Source of the DNA: a virus
Lineage: Duplodnaviria > Caudoviricetes
Direction: 5' to 3' (one strand)
IMG/VR virus record: IMGVR_UViG_3300049228_000029
Location: 1-24,961 of that record
DNA length: 24,961 bases
The notes under the pieces were generated by a model. That model saw only the letters and a list, made by a program, of their open reading frames with translations. It made no database searches and was not told the DNA's origin. Every line of letters starts with the position of its first letter. The stretch's first letter is position 1. Position numbers and translations under genes: made by a program. Positions 7,274 to 14,977 of the stretch are shown in pieces.

Positions 7274-9318
7274 GTGTCCCGATGGACCAGATGCAGGCAG
7301 GCCTCTCTGACGCAGTGGATCAGGGCATCACGGCCTCGAACGCGAAGCCGGAAATTCCCGAAGCCGAACTGACCGAAGTCAAGAAACTGACGGACGAATA
7401 CACCGAGGCCCGCGGCTTCGACGAGTACGCCCGGAAACAGTACAACGCCGATCGGAAGTACGCGCAGGGCATCGCGGACCCGTCATGGGCGAGCGATGCC
7501 AACATCATTGGCGCGTTCATCGACATCCTCGTCAGCTTCCTGTACGCGCAGAACCCGGACGTGAGCACGCGCCCGGCCGCGCAGGCAGGCGGCAACTCCG
7601 ACCAGCAGCGCCAGTTGTTCGCGGAGACGCTGCAGATCGTGGTGTCCCGCTTGTGGAAGGAAGCGAAGTTGAAAAAGGCGATGCGCCGCACAGTGCGCGC
7701 CGTCCTGTCGATCGGCGTGGGCTGGTTCAAGGCGATCATGTACAGCGAGACGAAGCGCAACGTGCAGGTCGAGAAGCAGTTGGCCGATGCGCGCGACAAC
7801 GTGGCGCAGATCGAAGCGATCAAGACCCAGCTTGCCGAGAACGGCGAGCACACCGACGAGTACGACGCCAAGATCACGGAACTGAACCGCCTGATGCAAG
7901 GGTTGGAGGGTCAGGTCGAGATTCTGGTGAAGCGCGGCATGTGCATCGACTTCTGCCGCTCCGAGGACATCCAGGTATCGCTCGACGTGGCGGACACCGA
8001 GGAATATCTGTCGTCGGACTGGATCAGCAACGACATGTACATCCGCAAGACGGCCGTAGCGGCCCGCTTCCCGGCAATCACCGAGGACAACCTGAAGGCC
8101 GCCACGATTTACTACCAGCGCCAGACGGGCGCGGGTAATCCGCACGCCTCCGACAGCGCCAACCCGGAGCATTCGGCCGAGGGACAGTTCACAAAGCAGA
8201 ATTCGCCGCAGACGCAGAAGGAAGGCGGAAAACCGATCGAATTCGTCAAGGTCGTCGAGTTGTGGGACCACCGCGATGATCTGGTGAAGACTTTCATCGA
8301 AGGTGCGAAGCAGTGGGCCGTTGAGCCCTACGCGCCGCCGCAGGCGTCCACGCGGTTCTATCCCTACTTCCGTGTGTCGTTCTTCGAGACCGACGGCTCC
8401 CGGCACCCTCAGTCGCTCTCGTGGCGCCTGAAGAAACTGCAGGACGAATACTCGGGCGCACGTAGCGCGGGCGTTCTGACCCGCCGCCGTTCGATCCCCG
8501 GCACGATTTTCAACAAGGGTCAGCTTGACCCGGTGGAAGTGCGGAAGCTGGAAAATTCCGAGCATCTGGAAATGGTCGGCATCGACATTACCGATCCCAC
8601 CATGCGGCTCGATCAGGTCATCACGGCGAAGCCAGTTCCGCGCGTGGACCCGATGCTGTTCGACACGATGGCGTGCCAGCGCGACATGGAAGTGCTGTCC
8701 GGCGTGCAGGAAGCGCAGCAGCAGGCTGTGACGACGCAGAAGACAGCAACCGAGGCCGAGATTCAGCAGTCGGGGTTCCGTGCGCGCACCGGCGCCGACC
8801 GCGACAACGTGGAAGATGTCATCAACGAATTGGCGCTCTACACGTCGGAACTGGCCCTGCAGTCCTTGACGGCCGAGCAGGTCCAGCGGATCGCGGGTCC
8901 GCTCGCGTTCTGGCCCGAGGGTATGAACGTGCAGGACATCCTCACGCTGGTTGAGGTCGAGATTCAGGCCGGCACCACCGGCAAGCCGCAGCAGAAGGCG
9001 GACAAGGAAGCGTGGGCGACTCTGCTCCCGCTGATCCAGCAGATGATTCTCCAGATTCAGCAGCTTGACCTGACGAATCCGCCGGCCGCAATGGCCCAGC
9101 GGAACCTGCTGAAAGAAACGCTGCGGCGCCTCGACGATCGACTCAACATCGACTCGATCATCCCGCCGCCGCCCCCGCAGATTCCCGGCCTACCGCCGGG
9201 CGCCGTTCCCCCGCAGGCTCCGGGCGCGCTGCCCGGTGAAGCCCCTGGCGCACCGCCGGTCGGGAATGGTACGATCAACAACCCTGCCGCACAGCAGACC
9301 GCAGCCCCACCCCCATAA
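7270..9318 (+). CDS. Portal protein
   Basis: 682 aa, upstream of scaffold and capsid; GVGWFK, VVELWD, SGV..Q...KTATEAEI motifs of P22-like portals; Pro-rich C-tail. Confidence 0.88.
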   Translation: MSVPMDQMQAGLSDAVDQGITASNAKPEIPEAELTEVKKLTDEYTEARGFDEYARKQYNADRKYAQGIADPSWASDANIIGAFIDILVSFLYAQNPDVSTRPAAQAGGNSDQQRQLFAETLQIVVSRLWKEAKLKKAMRRTVRAVLSIGVGWFKAIMYSETKRNVQVEKQLADARDNVAQIEAIKTQLAENGEHTDEYDAKITELNRLMQGLEGQVEILVKRGMCIDFCRSEDIQVSLDVADTEEYLSSDWISNDMYIRKTAVAARFPAITEDNLKAATIYYQRQTGAGNPHASDSANPEHSAEGQFTKQNSPQTQKEGGKPIEFVKVVELWDHRDDLVKTFIEGAKQWAVEPYAPPQASTRFYPYFRVSFFETDGSRHPQSLSWRLKKLQDEYSGARSAGVLTRRRSIPGTIFNKGQLDPVEVRKLENSEHLEMVGIDITDPTMRLDQVITAKPVPRVDPMLFDTMACQRDMEVLSGVQEAQQQAVTTQKTATEAEIQQSGFRARTGADRDNVEDVINELALYTSELALQSLTAEQVQRIAGPLAFWPEGMNVQDILTLVEVEIQAGTTGKPQQKADKEAWATLLPLIQQMILQIQQLDLTNPPAAMAQRNLLKETLRRLDDRLNIDSIIPPPPPQIPGLPPGAVPPQAPGALPGEAPGAPPVGNGTINNPAAQQTAAPPP

Positions 9319-9330
9319 CGGAGAAACCCT

Positions 9331-10404
9331 ATGCCCACCGAGACCACCCCGGAACCGACCCTGATGGACGCGATCAGCGCGAGCATCGACGAACTGAACC
9401 CGAAAGAGCCGGTCGTCGAAACGCCCGAGACGGTAGAAACGCCGGAACCGGAAGGTGACGAGGGTGAAGTCACGCCGCCCGAGGGTGAAACCCCGGAGCA
9501 GAAGGTCGAGCGCGAAGCGGCAGCCGCCGCGGCAGCCGAGACGCTCGAGCAGAAGACTGCCCGCGAAGCCGCGGAGACCCCGGAGCAGAAGGCCGCCCGC
9601 GAAGCCGCGGCAGTCAAGCCCGCCGATCATGTCAACGATCCGATCCCGGCCACCGTGAGCCAGCGCACGCGCGAGCGCATCACGGGACTCGTCGGACTGG
9701 TGAAGGAACGCGATCAGACAATCGCCGAGAACACGCAGTTGTTCCAGCAGATCGCCGACACCGGCGTCTCGCCGGAGAACTTCGCACAGACTCTCACGAT
9801 GCTGCGCATGTTCAACTCCGAGAAGATCGACGACAAGCGTCAGGCCCTCACGTTCCTGCAGACACAGGTCGCCCATTTGGCGAAGGTGTGCGGCGAAGTT
9901 GTACCGGGCACGGACCCGCTCGAAGGCCATGATGACCTGCAGCAGCACGTCAACGCCGGCACGATCACGCAGGAGCACGCGACCGAACTGGCTGCCGCCC
10001 GCAACCGCGTGAAGGCCGCCGAGGCCGCGCAGGCTGGCACCGCGCAGGCCCAGCAGGCACAGACCGCCGGAGTCGAGGCCGCCCGCACGACGGCCCGCAC
10101 CGCACTCAATGCGCTGGGTTCTGCACTGAAGGACCTCGATCCCGAGTACGCGAAGAAAGCGCCGCTGGTGATCGCGAAACTTCAACCACTGTTCGCGACG
10201 CTGCACCCCTCGAAGTGGGTGGATGCGTTCAAGACGGAGTACGCAGCAATGAAGGCCCCGGCCCCCGTGGCCGCGGTCGTCCCGATCACGCAGAAGCCTG
10301 CAGGTCAACCGTTGCGCCCGAACAAGCAGCCGGCCGGCGGCGGTCAGGCCCAGCCGAAGAACATGCAGGAAGCGATCGAAGCCAGTCTGTCCGCGATGAA
10401 GTGA
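9331..10404 (+). CDS. Capsid scaffolding protein
   Basis: GGAG SD; acidic/Pro-rich N-terminus, helical core, basic C-tail; lies between portal and capsid. Confidence 0.75.
   Translation: MPTETTPEPTLMDAISASIDELNPKEPVVETPETVETPEPEGDEGEVTPPEGETPEQKVEREAAAAAAAETLEQKTAREAAETPEQKAAREAAAVKPADHVNDPIPATVSQRTRERITGLVGLVKERDQTIAENTQLFQQIADTGVSPENFAQTLTMLRMFNSEKIDDKRQALTFLQTQVAHLAKVCGEVVPGTDPLEGHDDLQQHVNAGTITQEHATELAAARNRVKAAEAAQAGTAQAQQAQTAGVEAARTTARTALNALGSALKDLDPEYAKKAPLVIAKLQPLFATLHPSKWVDAFKTEYAAMKAPAPVAAVVPITQKPAGQPLRPNKQPAGGGQAQPKNMQEAIEASLSAMK
9487..9612 (+). repeat. Tandem coding repeat ET(P/L)EQKxxREAA x3 in scaffold
   Basis: ETPEQKVEREAA, ETLEQKTAREAA, ETPEQKAAREAA, with nucleotide-level similarity. 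Confidence 0.85.
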
Positions 10405-10571
10405 TGACCTGCACACCGTGCCAAAGGCGAAGGGAAAAGATGCTCGCGGCGATCCGCAGGTTGAGCGGGTCTACGCCTGGGAGCACTCGTTCACCGATTG
10501 GGGACGCACGTCCGCAACGCTTGACGAGTGCCGAACGCTACTACGGCAAGCCTGCGACGCCTACGACGTAG
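10404..10571 (+). CDS. Possible 55-aa CxxC peptide overlapping the HEXXH gene
   Basis: ATG coupled to scaffold stop (TGATG); MTCTPCQRRREKML...SAERYYGK. Confidence 0.4.
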   Translation: MTCTPCQRRREKMLAAIRRLSGSTPGSTRSPIGDARPQRLTSAERYYGKPATPTT

Positions 10572-10846
10572 ATGTCCCGGCGCTGAAGACGCGATCCGGG
10601 ACATACTGCTACTACGATCCTTCGACGCACACGATCGCGCTCCTGCGTCACACTGTCAATCGCGCGGCGCTCCTGCATGAAGTGGCGCATCACATTGTCG
10701 GCGATACGGCCCCGACGGCACAGGATCATGGCCCGACGTTTCTCGGCATCTACATGACGTTGCTCGAACAGGCCGAGATAGCGCCGCGCTCTGCACTCCA
10801 CGCTTCGGCTCGGGCCGCCGGCTTGACATGGCGGAAACCGAGGTAG
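10418..10846 (+). CDS. Zincin-like HEXXH metallohydrolase/peptidase (TIGR04338/SprT-like)
   Basis: LLHEVAHH (10676-10690) plus downstream DHGPTF third-ligand motif; N-terminal DPQVERVYAWE. Confidence 0.8.
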   Translation: MPKAKGKDARGDPQVERVYAWEHSFTDWGRTSATLDECRTLLRQACDAYDVDVPALKTRSGTYCYYDPSTHTIALLRHTVNRAALLHEVAHHIVGDTAPTAQDHGPTFLGIYMTLLEQAEIAPRSALHASARAAGLTWRKPR

Positions 10847-10852
10847 TATGCT
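10823..10852 (+). promoter_or_regulatory. sigma70-type promoter of the capsid gene, TTGACA-N18-TATGCT
   Basis: Perfect -35 at 10823-10828 and -10 at 10847-10852. Confidence 0.75.
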
Positions 10853-10856
10853 CCGG

Positions 10857-10989
10857 GTCGAGCGTAGGACGTAAATCAGCAGAAGCGCAAACTTGCGCCG
10901 CCACACCGCTCAGTGGCAAGCCCGACAGGCACTCGTCCGCCTTCGATGCAAAGTAGGTCGTAACTATTTTCATCGGAGGATTATCACCA
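10857..10989 (+). ncRNA. Structured 5' leader of the major capsid gene (multi-stem domain plus SD-sequestering hairpin)
   Basis: Complementary segments found by eye: 10867-71/10934-38, 10885-89/10894-98, 10900-04/10913-17, 10920-22/10928-30, and 10940-56/10964-79 covering GGAGG. Confidence 0.6.
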
Positions 10990-12060
10990 ATGCCTTTCAA
11001 TTCCGAACAGCTTGCCTACGCTGGTCGCGCCGCGATCGACTTCTACCTGAAGAACGATCCCGTTGACAGCGCCAACATCGCCCATCCGCTCCTGAAGCGT
11101 CTCGTCAGTGAGAAGCAGGAGTACACGGGCGGTCTGCAGTACGTTGTGGAGCAGCTTCGCTACCAGAACGACTCGAACTTCCAGGGTTACTTCGGTGACT
11201 CACAGGTCACGTACAACCGCAAGCGCACGCTGCAGCAGGCCAAGTATGCCTACGGCAGCTTCCATGACGGCTTCGGTCTGAACGAAGACGAACTGGCACA
11301 GAACGGCATCGTGATGACTGACGACCGCGGCGCCGAGCCGACGGGCGACGAGAAGGTGCAGTTGACCAGTCTCCTGAAGGAGAACATGGACACGCTGAAG
11401 CTGGGCTTCCAGGAAGGCATGGACCTCATGCTGCACCGGGACGGCTCGCAGAGTGCCCTGAACATCGCGGGCCTCGACGCGCTGGTGTCCACCGCTCCGT
11501 CTGCCGGCACCGTCGGCACGATCGCAGCCAGCAACGCCTTCTGGCAGAACTTCGCCAACACGGCCCTGTCGGGCACGGCGGCGACGTTCCTGGCCCAGTT
11601 GGAGACCATGTGGCGCGCGTGCATCCGGTACGGCGGCAGTGCGCCGAACTTCATCCTGGCGGGCAGCACGTTCATCGACGCCTACCGCGTCGCGACGACC
11701 TCGGTTGTCAGCCGGCAGATCATCATCGGCAACAGCGGTGGTGTGAAGCAGGGCTCGAACATGGACGCGTCGATCGGCGACGGCAGTTCGACCGGCCTCT
11801 ACTACAAGGGTATCGAAATCGTGTGGGACCCGACCTTCGAGGTTCTGGACGCTGCTGATGCCCCGGCTCTGCCGTGGGTCAAGCGGTGCTACTTCCTGAA
11901 CACGAAGTACCTGAAGCTGCGTCCGATCAAGGGTCACTGGATGACCGCTCGCCGGCCGCCCCGCGTCTACGACCGCTATGTCAACTACTGGGCGCTCACT
12001 GCGAAGTGTGCTCTCACGACTGGCAAGCGCAACGCTCACGCTGTCGTGGTCGCGCCGTAA
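10990..12060 (+). CDS. Major capsid protein (HK97 fold inferred)
   Basis: 356 aa, GGAGG SD, strongly biased codons, position after scaffold; capsid-like motifs IAGLDALV, YKGIEIVWDP, CYFLNTKYL. Confidence 0.9.
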   Translation: MPFNSEQLAYAGRAAIDFYLKNDPVDSANIAHPLLKRLVSEKQEYTGGLQYVVEQLRYQNDSNFQGYFGDSQVTYNRKRTLQQAKYAYGSFHDGFGLNEDELAQNGIVMTDDRGAEPTGDEKVQLTSLLKENMDTLKLGFQEGMDLMLHRDGSQSALNIAGLDALVSTAPSAGTVGTIAASNAFWQNFANTALSGTAATFLAQLETMWRACIRYGGSAPNFILAGSTFIDAYRVATTSVVSRQIIIGNSGGVKQGSNMDASIGDGSSTGLYYKGIEIVWDPTFEVLDAADAPALPWVKRCYFLNTKYLKLRPIKGHWMTARRPPRVYDRYVNYWALTAKCALTTGKRNAHAVVVAP

Positions 12061-12072
12061 GGCACAAGCACA

Positions 12073-12099
12073 GTTGAGCGGGACTTCAAACCGCTCGAC
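12073..12099 (+). other. Intergenic hairpin after capsid gene (no U-tract)
   Basis: GTTGAGCGG (12073-81) pairs with CCGCTCGAC (12091-99), one G-U. Confidence 0.6.
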
Positions 12100-12128
12100 A
12101 TCACCAACAAACTTCAGGAGATACTACA

Positions 12129-12659
12129 ATGCCTATTCGTTTTTCCCGCTCCGGCGAAAAGAATCAGAACTACTCGACCGCGGTGCAGACCCCGGCCGCG
12201 ACGGTTCGGACCTACATCGCCGGCTCTGCTCTGCAAATCCCCGCTGGCGGTCTGATCGTCGGCGACATTCTGCGCTGGGTTGTCCACATGACGAAGACCG
12301 CTGCCGGCACCGCTGCCAGCACGATCGACGTGGCGTTCGGCACCCTCGGTACGACTGCCGATACGGCTCGCCTGTCCTTCACGAAGCCCGCTGGTACGGC
12401 GGTTGTGGATGACGGCGTGTTCTGGGTCGAGGCCGTCGTGCAGTCGGTCAGTGCGACCGGCGTCGTGAAGGGTCTGTTCAACCTGATTCACAACCTGGCC
12501 GCCACCGGCCATGCGGTGATTCCGTGTGTTGTGGTGCCCATCACTTCCGCGACGTTCGACAACTCGGCCGAGACACAGACCGTCGGTCTGTGCATCACGA
12601 CCGGGGCTGCCGATGCCATCACGATCCAGCAGGTCAGCGCCGAACTCGTTCGGAACTGA
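12129..12659 (+). CDS. Probable capsid decoration/cement protein
   Basis: AGGAG SD, 176 aa, beta-rich and Thr/Ala/Val-rich, directly after the capsid gene. Confidence 0.7.
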   Translation: MPIRFSRSGEKNQNYSTAVQTPAATVRTYIAGSALQIPAGGLIVGDILRWVVHMTKTAAGTAASTIDVAFGTLGTTADTARLSFTKPAGTAVVDDGVFWVEAVVQSVSATGVVKGLFNLIHNLAATGHAVIPCVVVPITSATFDNSAETQTVGLCITTGAADAITIQQVSAELVRN

Positions 12660-12671
12660 GCACTGTCCAAC

Positions 12672-12707
12672 CTCGCGGGGCTGTCGCAACGGCCCCGCGA
12701 GTTCTTT
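12672..12707 (+). terminator. Intrinsic terminator (imperfect U-tract)
   Basis: 13-bp stem CTCGCGGGGCTGT / ACGGCCCCGCGAG, CGCA loop, followed by TTCTTT. Confidence 0.75.
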
Positions 12708-12727
12708 CCCACCCATAGGAGACACAT

Positions 12728-13105
12728 ATGTTCAAGACGAAGACCATCGAAGTGTATATCTCGGAGCATCACACGCAGGCCATGACGGTCGCAGCGTGGG
12801 AAGTTCCGATCCTTCAGGCGATCCATGATGCGAAGGAAATCACCCTGATTTCCGAAGGCACCATCGACCGCGACGTGCCGGACCCGAATGACGAGTATCG
12901 CCGCTTGGCGACCCGCTACGGGAACGTCACCAACGACGACGGCACGCAGGGCATCCCCTTCGTGGCGAGCGTGTACGGCCAGTTCGGCGTGGGCAATCAC
13001 GCGCTGGTCAAGGCGATTCAGGACGCGACGGTTGTCGCCGCGCCCGCAGTCACCTTCGACGATTTGCTCGGCAACGAGCCACAGGTTTCATCCGTGGGTG
13101 GGTGA
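12728..13105 (+). CDS. Hypothetical protein of the head module
   Basis: AGGAG SD, 125 aa, WEVPILQAIH and EYRRLATRYG segments; GC3-rich. Confidence 0.8.
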   Translation: MFKTKTIEVYISEHHTQAMTVAAWEVPILQAIHDAKEITLISEGTIDRDVPDPNDEYRRLATRYGNVTNDDGTQGIPFVASVYGQFGVGNHALVKAIQDATVVAAPAVTFDDLLGNEPQVSSVGG

Positions 13106-13115
13106 AGGTGCGACT

Positions 13116-13155
13116 GGCCCCGGTTTGGAGTAATATCCAGGCCGGGGCCTTTTTT
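13116..13155 (+). terminator. Strong intrinsic terminator
   Basis: 14-bp stem GGCCCCGGTTTGGA / TCCAGGCCGGGGCC (two G-U), 6-nt loop, T6 at 13150-13155. Confidence 0.88.
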
Positions 13156-13169
13156 GCAGGAGAAACGAC

Positions 13170-14222
13170 GTGCCGAATGGTCTAGGTGTATATAGTCAAC
13201 CGGCCTCGACTACGGTCACGGAGCCCGCCACTGCGTCGTTCACGGCGGTCATGCAGGCGATCCTCGGCACATTGACGGGCGTTGCATGGCAGTGGAAGAA
13301 AGACGGCGTAAACGTCGTTGGCGGCTCGCAGATCGACACCGGCCCGGACGGCAGCAACCGCTTCACGTCCGTCTACACAACCCCAGCGACAGTCCATACC
13401 GACGATGGCTCGGCCTTCAGTGTCGCAGGCACAGGAACCTTCGTGGCCGGCGGCCCCGCTGGCGTCACCACCGATGGCCTCGCGATCCTCACAGTCAACC
13501 CGTGCGATGACATGAACTGCGATTGCGAGGACGCGTCCCCATACCGCACCCTTGCGACCTTGCGCACAAGCATGATGCGCCGACTCGGCTACTCGGCTAT
13601 GGCGGCCAACCCGCCGCCGGGCATGTCGGAGTTGCTGACCGAGTTTCTGCAGGACGCACAGAAGCAGATCATGCAGAAGCGCCCGGACCTGCGCACGAAG
13701 CGAATCTTCAAATGGAACATGGTCGCGGGCACGCGGTTCTATGCGTTCTCGGATCAGGCGAGTTGCTGCGACATGGTGTTCGACCAGACGAAGGTTGATT
13801 GGGTTGGCGTCGAGGACCTGAACGGCCGCTGGTATGAACTTATCAACGGTATCCCGCCGGAGTTCTACACGACCCGCACGCAGCGTGGGCTGCCGGTGCG
13901 CTACGACATGCGCTCGTGCATCGAGGTCTACCCGGCCCCGGCCGGCGCCTACACCTTGCGCATCAAGGGCGACTTCGGCTTGAACGCATTCGCCGCGGAC
14001 GGTGACAAGACCACGATCGACGATCATGTCGTTTTCCTGCTCGCGCTCGCGAATGCGAAGGTACACTACAAGCAGCAGGACGCGAAGTCCGTCTACCAGC
14101 AGTACACGGACTACCTGGCTGGCATGGTGAGTGACAAACACGCCACGGCCCGCTACATCCCCGGCGTGAAGAAGATTCCCCCGGCTGTGCAGCCGGTCAT
14201 GACGGCATACGACGTAACATGA
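13170..14222 (+). CDS. Head-tail adaptor (tail tubular A-like) with N-terminal Ig-like domain
   Basis: AGGAG SD, GTG start; QPASTTVTE..ASF..WQWKKDG..DDG.F Ig pattern, then TLATLRT..RRLGY, GLPVRY, IEVYPAP adaptor motifs. Confidence 0.75.
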   Translation: MPNGLGVYSQPASTTVTEPATASFTAVMQAILGTLTGVAWQWKKDGVNVVGGSQIDTGPDGSNRFTSVYTTPATVHTDDGSAFSVAGTGTFVAGGPAGVTTDGLAILTVNPCDDMNCDCEDASPYRTLATLRTSMMRRLGYSAMAANPPPGMSELLTEFLQDAQKQIMQKRPDLRTKRIFKWNMVAGTRFYAFSDQASCCDMVFDQTKVDWVGVEDLNGRWYELINGIPPEFYTTRTQRGLPVRYDMRSCIEVYPAPAGAYTLRIKGDFGLNAFAADGDKTTIDDHVVFLLALANAKVHYKQQDAKSVYQQYTDYLAGMVSDKHATARYIPGVKKIPPAVQPVMTAYDVT

Positions 14223-14977
14223 GCGATCGTTCCATTGCCCTGACCACGGTGAAGGGTGGCATCAACCGCCAGCGCGTGAAGGGTGCGGCCCTCAGCGATT
14301 CGCTGTACGATCTGCTCAACGGGTATGTGACGAAGGCCCGCACGGTCGTCAATCGGCCCGGCACGTTCCGATCGCAGGTTGTGTCGGCGACCACGAAGGG
14401 CCTCGCGTCATTCGACGGGACCCTGCATGTGTTCTCGAACGTCGTGCAGTCGGTCCCGGCAGGTTACACACTTCACGTTTTGCAGCATCCGAGCGACCAG
14501 ACGCAGACGATCGCGGTGATCCACTTCGCGGCGCCGTTCCTCGGGTTCCTGTATGTGGCCGCCGAATTCTCCGGCGGGGACGTGTACCACTTCTGGCTCC
14601 AAGTGAAAGGCTCGTGGGCGGCCTCGACGCAGTACGACCTCAACGATGTCGTCCAGCCGACGACCCCGAATGGTCTGCTCTATAAGGCGGTTCGCGTCGG
14701 TGCGCCGGCCCCGGCGTGGGCATCTGGTGCCTCGCGCGCCCTGAATGATGTGATCGAACCGACCGAATACAACGGCTTCAAGTACACCGTGGTCGATGTG
14801 ATCGGCACGAACCCAGCCTCGGGCACGGTTGAGCCGACTTGGCCGACGATTGAGGGCGCGCAGATTGCCGAGGAAGTTGACGGCGATCCGGTTTCGGCCG
14901 AGGCTCCGGCCACCGGCGGCGATGGCCCGAGTACCCCGAGTTCTGACGTGATTGACCGATACGGGAGTGGCCTGTGA
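14219..14977 (+). CDS. Tail nozzle/stabilisation protein, N-terminal part with CBM-like repeats
   Basis: ATGA overlap; GGINR...LLNGY...RPG start typical of P22 gp10/T7 gp12-like proteins; two W.A.....NDV..PT..NG..Y repeats. Confidence 0.7.
   Translation: MSDRSIALTTVKGGINRQRVKGAALSDSLYDLLNGYVTKARTVVNRPGTFRSQVVSATTKGLASFDGTLHVFSNVVQSVPAGYTLHVLQHPSDQTQTIAVIHFAAPFLGFLYVAAEFSGGDVYHFWLQVKGSWAASTQYDLNDVVQPTTPNGLLYKAVRVGAPAPAWASGASRALNDVIEPTEYNGFKYTVVDVIGTNPASGTVEPTWPTIEGAQIAEEVDGDPVSAEAPATGGDGPSTPSSDVIDRYGSGL

Noticed and set aside
10857-10947. tRNA or self-cleaving ribozyme in the capsid leader
   Set aside because: Multi-stem, but no T-loop TTCRA in a proper arm, no 7-nt anticodon loop or CCA end, and no hammerhead CUGANGA/GAAA core on either strand.
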